Source: Ilumatobacteraceae bacterium (GTDB taxonomy: Bacteria; Actinomycetota; Acidimicrobiia; Acidimicrobiales; Ilumatobacteraceae). Taken from it: 64,000 nucleotides of DNA. Positions 51,090 through 60,675 of this stretch are shown in pieces (positions within the stretch are counted from its first letter, which is position 1; every line of letters starts with the position of its first letter). The DNA lies in NCBI GenBank assembly GCA_963708925.1, contig CAVPUO010000005.1, positions 170,435 through 234,434 of the forward strand. Reading direction: 5' to 3'. A model generated the notes under the pieces. It was not told the DNA's origin and ran no database searches. It worked only from the letters and a program-made list of their open reading frames with translations. The translations under genes were made by a program, and so were the position numbers.

Positions 51090-53505
51090 CTACTGGTCGG
51101 TCGAGCCGGCGACGATTCTCAACGACTGCCCCACCGCGACATCGGTGACGATCCCGTCGGCGAGGATGGGCACCGGCTCGCCCGATTCCACCTTGACGGT
51201 GGCGCCGCCGGCATCGATCGCAATCGCGATGTCGCCGCCGCGTCGGTGGAGGCCGAAGCGCATCCCCTGCCAGCCGGCCGGCAGGCGTGGCGCGACTCGC
51301 ACGTGGGTTCCCGAGTCGCGCACGCCAGCGAACCCGTGCACCAGACATGCCCACACTCCGCCCACATTGGCGAGGTGGGCGCCGTCGACGGTGTTGCCGT
51401 GGGTGTTGGCGATGTCGAGGTACAGCGATTCGCGGAAGTACTGCATCGCCAGATCGGCGTGCCCGACCTCGGCGGCCATGATCGACTGCACACATGCCGA
51501 CAGCGACGAATCACCAGTACTGATCGGGTCGTAGTAGTCGAAGTTGCGACGTTGCAGGTCGGGCGCGAACTCGTCGCCGCGTAGGAACGTCGCGAGCACG
51601 ACGTCGGCCTGCTTCAACACCTGGTGGCGGTAGATCACGAGCGGATGGAAGTTGAGCAGCAGCGGGTACTTGTCGTCGGGCGTGCCCTCCCAGTCCCAGC
51701 GCTCGTGATCGAGGAATGCGTCGTCCTGCGGGTTGATGCCGAGAGCGTCGTCGTACAGCACGCACATCGAGTCGGCGGCGCGCGTCCACTCGGCGACCTC
51801 GTGGTCCTCGAGACCAACTGCAGCGACGAGGACGCGATGTGCATCGGGATCATCGGACTGCAACCGCTGCACGACGTCGGCGGCGAAGCGCAGCGTGAAG
51901 CGGGCCATCACGTTGGTGTAGACGTTGTCGTCGACGACGGCCGTGTATTCGTCGGGCCCGGTCACTCCATGGATGTGGAAGAGCGGTGGCTCAGCCTTGT
52001 CGTAGAACCCGAGATCGGCGAAGAGCCGCGCCAGCTCGACGAGCATCTCGGCGCCCTCGCCGGGCAGGAACTCGTTGTCGTCGGTTGCGGTGATGTAGCG
52101 GTCGATCGCATAGGCGATGTCGGAATCGATGTGGTACTGCGCAGTGCCCGCCGGGTAGTACGCAGAGGCCTCTTCCCCGTTGATCGTGCGCCACGGATAC
52201 AGGGCTCCGCGTTGCGACATCTCGATCGCCCGTTCACGGGCTGCGGGCAGGGTGCGGTACCGGAAGTGCAGCAGGTCGCGCGCCGCCTGCGGGTTGGTGT
52301 ACGCCAGAAGGGGAACCATGTAGATCTCGGTGTCCCAGAAGTAATGACCGTCGTAACCGGCGGCCGTCACCGCCTTTGCGGCGATGCCGCGTCCGCCGAT
52401 CTGGGTCGAGGCCTGCGCCATCTGGAACAGGTTCCAGCGGATCGCCTGCTGCGCCGCGTCGTCACCATCGATGGCGATGTCCGTGCGAGCCCAGAACCTG
52501 TCGAGGCATGCCTGCTGCTCGGCGAGCGCCTGCTCCCATCCGGCCTCCTCAGCAGATTGGAGGGTCGCGTGGCAGCGTGCGACAAGCTCCTCGATCGACG
52601 CGTCACCGACTTCCTCGGGAAGCTGACTGCTGCAGTGGTAGGCGACGTACTTGGTGAGTGTCACCGTGTCCCCCTGGCCGACATCGAGGCGCAACGTGGT
52701 TGCCGCGCGATCATCCTCGAGTTGGGTCTCGACGACGACGTTGCCTTCGGCCTCGATCACGTGGCGGTAGGCGGCGGCGATCGTCATGCCACTGCCGATG
52801 CACCTGTAGCCGAGCGTCGCGGTGCCTCCACCCGGCGAAGTCGGGTTGGCATGGTCCTGCAGCACTGGCTGGAGAACGCGCCCGTGGAACGTGCGCGAGC
52901 GGCGCGGGTCGGCCTTCTCGGGCCCTGCCTGGTGCGTGCGCGACATCCTGACGGTTCACGAGCTGCGAGGTGATCGTGACCTGCGCCGGCGAGTCGAGCA
53001 GTTCGACGGAAAGCTGCAGCCCCGCCAGATGTCGGTGCTCGAGGCTGACGAACCGGTGCGAGGCAACTCGCACTCGCCCGGCGCGACTGTGCCACGTGAG
53101 CTCCGACACCAACACGCCGGTGCGGAAGTCGATCTCACGATGGAAGTCGGTCACCTGCGAGCGCTCGGGATGGTCGGACGCGAGGCGCAACACCTCATCC
53201 CCGACCATCAGCTCGATCACCTTCGCCTCCGGCGCGTTGAGCAACGACTGCCCGGTGCGGGCCAACGCGTGGGCATGCTCGGCATGGATGATGGGGAACG
53301 TCTCGTGGAACCCGTTGACGTACGTGCCCGCCGACTCCGGATCGGGCGACCAGTCGCCGCGCAATCCGAGGTAGCCGTTGCCTGTCGCGAACAACGTGCC
53401 GGTCAGGCCGCCATCGTCGTCACCGAGGCTGGTCTCGACCAGCCGCCAGACGTCGATCGGAAACCGCTCGCGATCGATCGCGATCGTGCTGCCATTGCGT
53501 GTCAT
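51090..53505 (-). pseudogene. Glycoside hydrolase family 65 disaccharide phosphorylase (trehalose/maltose/kojibiose type), one frame hop near 52940
   Basis: The N-terminal domain is in ORF 52711..53505 (LFATGNGYLGLRG). The catalytic (alpha/alpha)6 part is in ORF 51090..52946 (AAGYDGHYFWDTEIYMVP, YPWRTINGEE, HIHGVTGPDEY, YDPISTGDSSLS). Confidence 0.85.
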
Positions 53506-54210
53506 GGCAGTGTCTCGTCGAGATCGTCGACGACGAAGTCCGCGCCCGCCGTCAGCAGTGCCTCCCGATTCCCGCCGCGGTCCACGCCGATCACCTGCCC
53601 GAAGTTGCCGGCCCGCCCGGCAGCGACCCCGGAGATGGCGTCCTCGACCACGACTGCTCGATCGGGGGCAATGCCGAGCATCTCGGCGGCACGTACGAAC
53701 ATCGCCGGGTCCGGCTTACCGGCGAGGTGCTCGTCGGCAGCGACGACACCGTCGACCACGGCGACGAAGCGATCGGCGATGCCGGCAGCCCGCAGGACCG
53801 GCCGGGCGTTCTTCGACGACGACACGATGGCGCTCGGAACGCCGGCCTTGTCGAGCACGTCCATCACCTTCAGCGTGCCCGGGTAGGGCGCGATACCGTC
53901 CCGGGCGAGGACGGCGTTGAACGCCTCGTCCTTGCGATTCCCCAATGCGCAGATCGTGTTGTCGCCAGGCGGATCCGATGGGTCCCCCCAAGGCAAGATC
54001 GACACCACGCGAATCGAGAAATGCCTTCACTCCCTCGTAGCGCGACCGGCCATCCACATATTTGAGGTAGTCGCTGTTGTCGAATCCCCACGGCGCGAAC
54101 AACTCCGCCCACGCCTGTTCATGAATGGTGACGGTCGGCGTGACAACCCCATCGAGATCGAAAAGCACCGCCCCGAACGATGTCCAATCAACGATCCCAT
54201 GCGCGCTCAC
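53502..54210 (-). pseudogene. pgmB: Beta-phosphoglucomutase (HAD-IA), one frame hop near 54005
   Basis: Contains AVLFDLDGVVT (DxDG), then after the hop NRKDEAFNAVL, GKPDPAMF and VVVEDAISGVAAGRAG. Its stop overlaps the GH65 ATG (ATGA). The GTG start at 54210 is inferred. Confidence 0.8.
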
Positions 54211-54338
54211 GAGCGCATCGTAAACGACTGTTCGGAATCTCTGCCCCAACGAGGTCGTGCGATCCGAGGGGCTTTGGGCCTTCGCGTTCACGACGGTTGA
54301 CCCTGTCGCGCGTCGAGGAATGCGAGTGCCATGGACAC

Positions 54339-54839
54339 ATGAGCACCGACAATGTCGCCATTCCCACAAACACGATCGGCTGGAGCTTTGCGGAAACCGA
54401 GCTCTTCTCGCACCTCTCCGGACATGCGAAGCGCGAGGGCGCAATACTCGAGGAGTACGCGCAGGCTGCGAGCGCCACGAAATCCAAGGCATTGGCCTAC
54501 CTCGTCGAGATCCTCATGGAGGACGAACGCCGGCACCACCGTTGGTTTGCCGAACTCGCCTCATCGCTGGAAGCGGACGCATCCTTCAGCGGCACCGAGC
54601 CAGTCGTGCCGAGAATGGACTTCCACCGTGCCGATCGCGTCGCCGTGCGCGCCGTGACCGATCGCTTGCTCGAGCACGAGAAGGCAGACGAGAAGGAACT
54701 CAATCGACTGCAGCGAGAACTGCGCGAGGTGAGTGGAACCACCCTCTGGGGCTTGCTCGTCGAACTCATGCAGCGCGACACGGACAAGCACATTGCCGTC
54801 CTCACCTTCGTGAAGAAGCATCTGAACGCCTTCGACTGA
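54339..54839 (+). CDS. Hypothetical helical protein (ferritin-like/rubrerythrin-like suspected)
   Basis: 166-aa sequence from the ATG at 54339. It has two E-x-x-H-containing helices (ILMEDERRHHRWF, LLEHEKADEKEL, DTDKHIAVL). The family assignment is tentative. Confidence 0.5.
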   Translation: MSTDNVAIPTNTIGWSFAETELFSHLSGHAKREGAILEEYAQAASATKSKALAYLVEILMEDERRHHRWFAELASSLEADASFSGTEPVVPRMDFHRADRVAVRAVTDRLLEHEKADEKELNRLQRELREVSGTTLWGLLVELMQRDTDKHIAVLTFVKKHLNAFD

Positions 54840-54854
54840 GGGCGTGCGAACGGG

Positions 54855-55814
54855 TCACGTGATCGGGACGACAGGGCGACTGTCGGCGTCGAGCTGATGG
54901 AGGTATTCGCTGATGCCGGTGCCGGTACGGCCTTCGTACGTCCAGCGAGCGAGACCTTCGTTGACGATCGTCGTCGACGGGCGGACGCCACGAGCACCCG
55001 GCTCGACCCGAATGACGTCGGCGACGAGCTCGTGCTCACGGCCGAGCTTGTCCACCGCGGTGACGAAGCTGCGACGGTGTGTGACCCCGTCGTCTTCCAA
55101 CTCACTCGCGACCCGCCACTCTGCGATCGACGTGTGCTCGCCATCTCGCCAGACCCAGCCACGATGGAGATCACCATCGTCGGTCCCTATCACGATGCCA
55201 CCGAAGTGAGTCCCTGGGTCGATGTTGATCGAGAACCAGCGCCACATGCGTGGGCCTCCCCAACGACGAGGCCCCCACGACTTGTCGCGGTTCCCCAACG
55301 CGCGATCTCCGAGTTCGACGCGGGCGCCGTCGATCTCGATCCAACCTGACCAGCGGCCTGCCTGCTCGAGGTGACCCTTGCCGACCGAAAGCCGCGTCGC
55401 CGCGCTGGACGAATCGGCTGCCTGCTTGTTCTGACCATCGCCGCCCATGGCCGGCGTCAGCGCGTCGAACGTGACGTCCATCCTGATGTGCAGTCCCTTG
55501 TGGGAATCGCCGTCGCACGACAGCCGCCAACGTCGCATCGGCTCGATCAGCTCGTAGGTGACCGGTCCCACCTCAAGCCTGCGTTCGATCATGTCGTGCT
55601 GCTCGCGTCGATGACCGATGTGAGCGACGCGGCCTCCGGGCACCCACACCGACATGCCCACGTCGAGCGTCCCTTCGTTCGGACGAACACCGATGCGGGT
55701 GTAGAAGCCGCAGTCGACGTCGGGGTCGTAGCAGTTGAAGTAGTACGACTCGGACCAAGCGGAGTCGCCTTCCACGGGATGAGCGAGATCGTGGTGTGCG
55801 TCCAGAACCGGCAT
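54855..55814 (-). CDS. Conserved hypothetical protein (AttH/CrtC-like beta-barrel family suspected)
   Basis: Intact 319-aa sequence from MPVLDAHHDLAHP. Contains WSESYYFNCYD and NRDKSWGPRRWGGPRMWRWFSI. I recall this pattern from actinobacterial DUFs but cannot name it with certainty. Confidence 0.6.
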   Translation of the reverse strand: MPVLDAHHDLAHPVEGDSAWSESYYFNCYDPDVDCGFYTRIGVRPNEGTLDVGMSVWVPGGRVAHIGHRREQHDMIERRLEVGPVTYELIEPMRRWRLSCDGDSHKGLHIRMDVTFDALTPAMGGDGQNKQAADSSSAATRLSVGKGHLEQAGRWSGWIEIDGARVELGDRALGNRDKSWGPRRWGGPRMWRWFSINIDPGTHFGGIVIGTDDGDLHRGWVWRDGEHTSIAEWRVASELEDDGVTHRRSFVTAVDKLGREHELVADVIRVEPGARGVRPSTTIVNEGLARWTYEGRTGTGISEYLHQLDADSRPVVPIT

Positions 55815-55862
55815 CGGGCAAGTCTCTCTGGATCGATCCGCTCGCAAAGAGCTGAGCGCGCC

Positions 55863-55894
55863 GAAACGGCCTCCCCGCATGGGGAAGGCCGTTC
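55863..55894 (-). terminator. Stem-loop terminator downstream of the secreted-protein gene
   Basis: GAAACGGCCTCCCC / GGGGAAGGCCGTTC arms with a GCAT loop and one bulge. On the minus-strand transcript it is followed by UUUC. It lies 24 nt past the stop of 55918..57108. Confidence 0.55.
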
Positions 55895-55917
55895 CGAAGT
55901 TGTGTGACTTGTTACTG

Positions 55918-57108
55918 CTACGCCCCGGTGGTGACGACTCCGAATGGCTCGAAGTTGATCGTCTGGGCGTTGTAGACGAGCGCGTCGACCGCGCCGTTCC
56001 ATGCGTAGTCCCGGCCCTTGGTGACGGCCAGTGTCAGAACTTGCATGCCGGGGAACGTTCCCGCAACCTTCGTCTTCAATTGCTCGAAGGTGCAGACCGT
56101 GGTTTGGTTGCAGCCGACGGTCGCGCCGGTCGCTCCAGTGAAATACCACACGCCGGCGGTTGCGCTCGTGGCGTCGATTGCGCTGAAGGTATTGGTCGTC
56201 AGGCCGGCACCGGCCGGGTTGAACACCAGCGACGAGTAGTTGGGCCCCGTTGTGTTGGCGAATCCGGTCGGGTCGACCTCGAAGGTGATGTTCGGCAGAT
56301 TGTCGATGTTGATCTTCTGGTCCTCGCCGGTGGTGAACACCGAGAAACCAACCTTGTTGATGCCGGTGACCATTTCACCCTTGTAGTCGACCTCGTTGCC
56401 GAAGGCGACCTTCTCGGATGCGTTGGCGACCGCAAAGCCGAGGCTTCCGTCACCGACGGGAGCCGCAGCGCCCTCGAACGGGCCGGTACGCAGTGCGCCG
56501 ACCGGCGAACCGATGGTGTTGCGATCGATGATGCCCCAGTGCTTGCCTTCGGGAGTGGTGACGCCGGCAGGACCCTGAGGACCGACTGGACCCTGAGGAC
56601 CGGCCAAAACCTGAGCGCCCGAACTGACGGGGCTGGGTGAGTAGTAGCCGAGGAGATCGATGATGACGTTGACCGTGCCCTGGTTGTTGAACACTGTGAT
56701 CGAATGACTCGAGGGGACTTGCACGACGGTCTGGTTTGCAGTCGCGCCGGCGTCGTTCCAGTTGATGCTGGAGGTGCCGGGACGTTCGCTGCCGGTCGGG
56801 TACGTCGCGAGGAACGATGGCTGCGAACCATCGACGACCGTCAGGTTGACGGCGACCGATGTGACATCGCTCGGCAGATCGGGGATCGTGACATCGAGCG
56901 TCTGCTGCGCTCCGAGTGTCGAACCATCGAGCCGAGTATCGAGTACCCGAACGCTCGGCAGATTGTGGAACGACAGTGCGACTGCCGAATCCGGGGTGGA
57001 AGCAGCCAGAGCCACGCCGCCTGTGAGGAGGATCGCCGCTACTGCGCCGAACCCCAGAAGTGCCTTCTTCAATTGATTCTCCATTGTTGTGGTGAGTTGG
57101 TAACGCAT
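55918..57108 (-). CDS. Secreted protein: VR-x-DTR module + short collagen-like Gly-X-Y run + C-terminal domain of about 230 aa with unknown function
   Basis: Intact ORF. The start could alternatively be 57084 (MENQLKKALLGFGAVAAILLTGGVALAAS signal). The module is SVRVLDTRLDG...VNLTVVDG...FLATYPTG...VIIDLLGYY. It is followed by GPQGPVGPQGPAG and then a Gly/Thr/Asn-rich domain. Confidence 0.7.
   Translation of the reverse strand: MRYQLTTTMENQLKKALLGFGAVAAILLTGGVALAASTPDSAVALSFHNLPSVRVLDTRLDGSTLGAQQTLDVTIPDLPSDVTSVAVNLTVVDGSQPSFLATYPTGSERPGTSSINWNDAGATANQTVVQVPSSHSITVFNNQGTVNVIIDLLGYYSPSPVSSGAQVLAGPQGPVGPQGPAGVTTPEGKHWGIIDRNTIGSPVGALRTGPFEGAAAPVGDGSLGFAVANASEKVAFGNEVDYKGEMVTGINKVGFSVFTTGEDQKINIDNLPNITFEVDPTGFANTTGPNYSSLVFNPAGAGLTTNTFSAIDATSATAGVWYFTGATGATVGCNQTTVCTFEQLKTKVAGTFPGMQVLTLAVTKGRDYAWNGAVDALVYNAQTINFEPFGVVTTGA
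56570..56602. repeat. Short tandem DNA repeat encoding the collagen-like triplets
   Basis: GGACCCTGAGGACCG occurs at 56570-56584 and again at 56588-56602, giving minus-strand GPQGPVGPQGPAG. Confidence 0.6.
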
Positions 57109-57173
57109 CGTTCAACACAATGGTGTCTCTATGATATTCCTATAGCGGTGCTATAGATCTTCTAATAGGTCGA
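57109..57173. promoter_or_regulatory. AT-rich divergent promoter region with two CTATAG hexamers
   Basis: This is the only conspicuously AT-rich stretch in the window (..tctctatgatattcctatagcggtgctatagatcttctaatagg..). CTATAG occurs at 57140-57145 and 57151-57156 (11-bp spacing). It lies between divergent ORFs. Confidence 0.35.
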
Positions 57174-57452
57174 ATGGCCCACTTTCGTGTTAGCTTGTGC
57201 GGCATGGCACGTCCCTATGGAGATCCAATCGAGCTGGTCACAGAGCCGATTCCCGCCCAATCGCCGTTCATCCCGGTCGACGCGAGGATCGTCACCGGTT
57301 CGATCGGTCCGGCTTCGCCCGATCCCATCCCGATCGTGCTGCTACCAGGTTTCGAGTATCGGGTGCGCGAGTGGCGGCACCCGAAGACCTTCGAGATCCA
57401 CTGGCTGATCGAGCGGCGAAAGTCCACGCAGCACACCGACGACGGCGAATAG
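57174..57452 (+). CDS. Small hypothetical protein
   Basis: 92-aa ORF (alternative start MARPYGD at 57204) with mostly G/C third positions. I recognise no family. Confidence 0.35.
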   Translation: MAHFRVSLCGMARPYGDPIELVTEPIPAQSPFIPVDARIVTGSIGPASPDPIPIVLLPGFEYRVREWRHPKTFEIHWLIERRKSTQHTDDGE

Positions 57453-57597
57453 TCCGGCCGCGGCAGAGGGCAGGTGCTCGAGCTCCAGGTCGCTGATCAA
57501 GGTGATGTTCCGGCAGGCGCTACCGCTGCCTCTACCTACAATCGACCGCCCACGTCGTCGTCGATCTCAGCGGATACCTCATCGCCGAGTACTAACA

Positions 57598-57618
57598 GTG
57601 GAGCTGAGGGGAATTGAA
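57598..57618 (-). repeat. Direct repeat copy 1: tRNA-Ala/tmRNA 3'-end-like 21-mer (att-like)
   Basis: GTGGAGCTGAGGGGAATTGAA. Its reverse complement TTCAATTCCCCTCAGCTCCAC reads as T-loop, T-stem 3' half, acceptor 3' half, A73 and C. It is identical to 61087-61107. The flanks are unrelated. Confidence 0.7.
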
Positions 57619-57719
57619 CACGTTCGCGCCGGCGCCGAACCCGGTCGTCGCAGCGGGCCAGATCACCCGAGCCGTAGACGAGCAACAACGTGGGATGTCT
57701 ACACGAGCAGATTGGTCGA

Positions 57720-60164
57720 TCACCGTAGCGATTCGGCCCGACGCGCCGACGGTGTGACCGCGACAAAGATCGAGACCAATACGGCAATGCCCAGCGCGCC
57801 CGCGACGATCGACGCGTAGGCCAGCTTCGGGGCGTCCAACGGCCAGTCGAGGCCGACCGAGCGAGAAAAGACAGTCCATGCGAATCCGGCGGCAACGACG
57901 CCGACAACGACGCCGACGATGGAGCTGACGATCACAATCGAGAGTCCTTGCAGCATCACGATTGCGGAGACCTGACGTTGCCTCATGCCCATGGCGCGCA
58001 AGATGCTGAGCTCCCTGCGGCGCGCCCGGACGCTGGAGACGACCCCGTATCCCAGCGGGACCGCAACCAGACTGCCGATCGCCAAGCCGAACGGCACCCA
58101 TATGGACCTCAACTCCGCGTAACCGGCAAGCTGTGGTGGTTGCGCATCCGTGAGGAAACAACTGGAATCCGAGCAACCCATCTCCGCGACACTGGCGCGC
58201 AAGCTTGCCATGTCGGCCACCTTCGATCCATCGCGGACGCGGACCAGCAGGCCGCTATAGATACCCGTTGGGTCGGCCGTCGAAAGCACCGAGGCGATGG
58301 TTGCCGCTCCATCGCCCAGCGAGAGCGAACCGAACCGGGCGGAACCGATCGGGGGAAACGTCGCCAGTCCGACGATTGTCATCTCACGTGTGTCCTGAGG
58401 CGTGACGACCTCGATCGTGTCGCCCATCGATCGGCCCGTGGCTTTGAAAGTGGACTCTCCCAAGACGATCTCGTCGGCCGATTGTGGAGCACGACCGTCA
58501 GTCAGCGACAGGTAAACGGCACCCAGCTTCTGGTCGATGCCGAGCGAGAAAACGCTGTGACCGCCGATGGTCAGCACGCCGGTTGTGAACGCCGACAACT
58601 CGTCGACGTGATCGTCGTCCGAAATGGACGCGACCGCTTCGTCTGGGATCGCGCCGAAGTTGTTGACGATCGCGGCATCCCAGTTCCATCCGTGGGCTGC
58701 AGGTGTTTCCAGCACCGTCTGGACGGTCGACGCGAACGCGAGCCCCCCGACGAACAGCGCTATGCCGAGCGCAGCGCTGCCTGTCACGCCGTGTACCGCA
58801 GCCGAGTTGCGATCCGACGACGACTGGAACGCGAACCGCATGGCGGTGCTGCTCAAGACGCCCGTCCTGAGACGCCCGATGAGCCCAGCAGATGCGATGG
58901 ACGCATCCGACGTCGCAGAGCCGTCCGCACCCGATGACTGCCGCGCTCGACCGGCCAGCCGCCAACTCCAAATCAGCAACATCGTGGAGAGTGTGACGAT
59001 GATGATTGCAGCGCCGATGAGCATCACTGACAGATCGAGATGGAGACCAGGGTCCGGATCGATATCACGGGTAGCACCGAGTGGGGTGGCCATGCTGGAT
59101 GCCCAACAGGCGAAGGCTGCGACGAATGCAGCGACCACTGCGATGGTTGCGGCGTGCATGGTGATCGCCAGCGCGATCGACCACCTCGACACGCCCAGCG
59201 CCCTCAGTGCGGCGAGATCGGAGTAGTGGGTTCGGAGCGACCGAGCCACCGATTGTGCCGTGAAGTACAGCGCTGCGATGAGGAGGACGGCCGCCAACAA
59301 CCAGATTGCGACAACCTGTGGCCGCAGAGCCTGGACCGAGTGTCGCATCGCGTCGTTGAACGACGAGTACTGCAGCGGATCCTGCGGAGTGCTCGAAGAG
59401 ATCGCGGCGGCGGCGCTCTGGAAGCCGGCCTCATCCGATGCGCCATTTCGCAAACGGACGTAGTCGATCAGGTAGAAGCCGGGCGCGTCATGTGCCCGCC
59501 CGAACGCGGGGAAGAGATACACCTGCGGTGCCCGTCCGCCGGTGTCATCGAGCAGTTCGTCCGGCCGTTGGGCAACACCGACAATCGTCAACTGTAACTG
59601 CTCGCCCTTGGTCGGATCTGCGTTGCCCTCGTCGTCGAGGTCGCTCTTGCGGAAGAGGCGGATCGAGTCGACGTGGTCACCGATCGACCACCCGCCCTCA
59701 GCCATGGCTTCCCGGTTGACCATCACCTCGTCGGCGCGGTCGGCCGTCGGAAAACGTCCGCCGAACAATTGGAAGGCGCCGACCTCGTGGATCGCCGTGT
59801 CGTCCACGAGCTTGCCTGCTGCAGATCCGAAGTCGAAGGCGGGGACGAACCCGCCGTGCTCGTCCATTACTTCGAGGAAAACCCCCTGCACGTGCGCTGC
59901 GGCATTGACCTGTGGCAGCCGATCGACCTGATCGAACAGTTGGTTGACCAACTCCGGCGCATACAGAGTCTGATCGACCGCCACGGCTGCATCCGGAGAG
60001 CGGTATGCCGACAGGTATCGCTCCAACGCCGAGGACGTGCGGCGCGCATCGGCGGCCGCCGCCAGCGCGAGCGACAGCGTCAGCCCACACACCACCGCGA
60101 GCACCATCCACGACTGCCACGAACGGCGAAGACCCGTCACGTACCGCAGCCAGATTCCGCTCAT
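57720..60164 (-). CDS. ABC-transporter permease with two FtsX-like domains (MacB/YbbP-like), no adjacent ATPase gene
   Basis: Intact sequence from MSGIWLRYVTGLRRSWQSWMVLAVV (ATG at 60164). It has two blocks of large extracytoplasmic domain plus 3-4 TM helices (LRALGVSRWSIAL..., LRAMGMRQRQVSAIV...). Confidence 0.8.
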   Translation of the reverse strand: MSGIWLRYVTGLRRSWQSWMVLAVVCGLTLSLALAAAADARRTSSALERYLSAYRSPDAAVAVDQTLYAPELVNQLFDQVDRLPQVNAAAHVQGVFLEVMDEHGGFVPAFDFGSAAGKLVDDTAIHEVGAFQLFGGRFPTADRADEVMVNREAMAEGGWSIGDHVDSIRLFRKSDLDDEGNADPTKGEQLQLTIVGVAQRPDELLDDTGGRAPQVYLFPAFGRAHDAPGFYLIDYVRLRNGASDEAGFQSAAAAISSSTPQDPLQYSSFNDAMRHSVQALRPQVVAIWLLAAVLLIAALYFTAQSVARSLRTHYSDLAALRALGVSRWSIALAITMHAATIAVVAAFVAAFACWASSMATPLGATRDIDPDPGLHLDLSVMLIGAAIIIVTLSTMLLIWSWRLAGRARQSSGADGSATSDASIASAGLIGRLRTGVLSSTAMRFAFQSSSDRNSAAVHGVTGSAALGIALFVGGLAFASTVQTVLETPAAHGWNWDAAIVNNFGAIPDEAVASISDDDHVDELSAFTTGVLTIGGHSVFSLGIDQKLGAVYLSLTDGRAPQSADEIVLGESTFKATGRSMGDTIEVVTPQDTREMTIVGLATFPPIGSARFGSLSLGDGAATIASVLSTADPTGIYSGLLVRVRDGSKVADMASLRASVAEMGCSDSSCFLTDAQPPQLAGYAELRSIWVPFGLAIGSLVAVPLGYGVVSSVRARRRELSILRAMGMRQRQVSAIVMLQGLSIVIVSSIVGVVVGVVAAGFAWTVFSRSVGLDWPLDAPKLAYASIVAGALGIAVLVSIFVAVTPSARRAESLR

Positions 60165-60675
60165 CGGACGAGCCTGCCACCCAGCCTCGATGCCCGCCAG
60201 CGTGGTAACCCCCCTCTCAGGATGCGTGCAGACCCGCGTCCCACATCGGTCCGGGATAGCCGGTGGTCTCGGCAAGTGGCTAAACGTGCGGCGGTGGTCG
60301 TGCGACAGTTGCCCGTGTTCAACTGCCGCTTTGGCAGCCCCCAACTCGACATCAAGACGGTAACCGTGGCGAGGTTTGGGCCGGCTGCCACGACGACTCG
60401 GTCGCCGAACTCACTGGTTTGTTGCGCTTGGAATTGCTGGCTCGGCACGTTTCCCTGAACAGCAGAGCCGATCGAGTCGTACACGACACCTGCAGACGGA
60501 GCGGTAGCCCATCTTCCTGGTGGTGAGGATCATTCTTTCCTGTGGCGTGGGCCAGCGAGGTGCGTGGCCGACACGAGATGCGAGTAGGTTCCTCGGCGAA
60601 GCGTGCCAAGCCGCGGCGCGGAATCAGGCGCGTCGAATATATGTGCCGTCAACACAACCCCAAAGGAGTCTCTCT

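Noticed and set aside
56560-56610. Short tandem repeat considered as a CRISPR-like or VNTR element
   Set aside because: There are only two 15-bp units inside a coding region, and they encode the Gly-X-Y triplets. No spacer-repeat architecture exists anywhere in the window.
57598-57690. Possible complete tRNA or tmRNA ending at the left repeat copy
   Set aside because: Sequence 5' of the T-loop on the minus strand has no matching acceptor 5' half (GGGGCTG/GGAGCTG), no D-arm and no anticodon arm. Only the 21-nt 3' end is tRNA-like.
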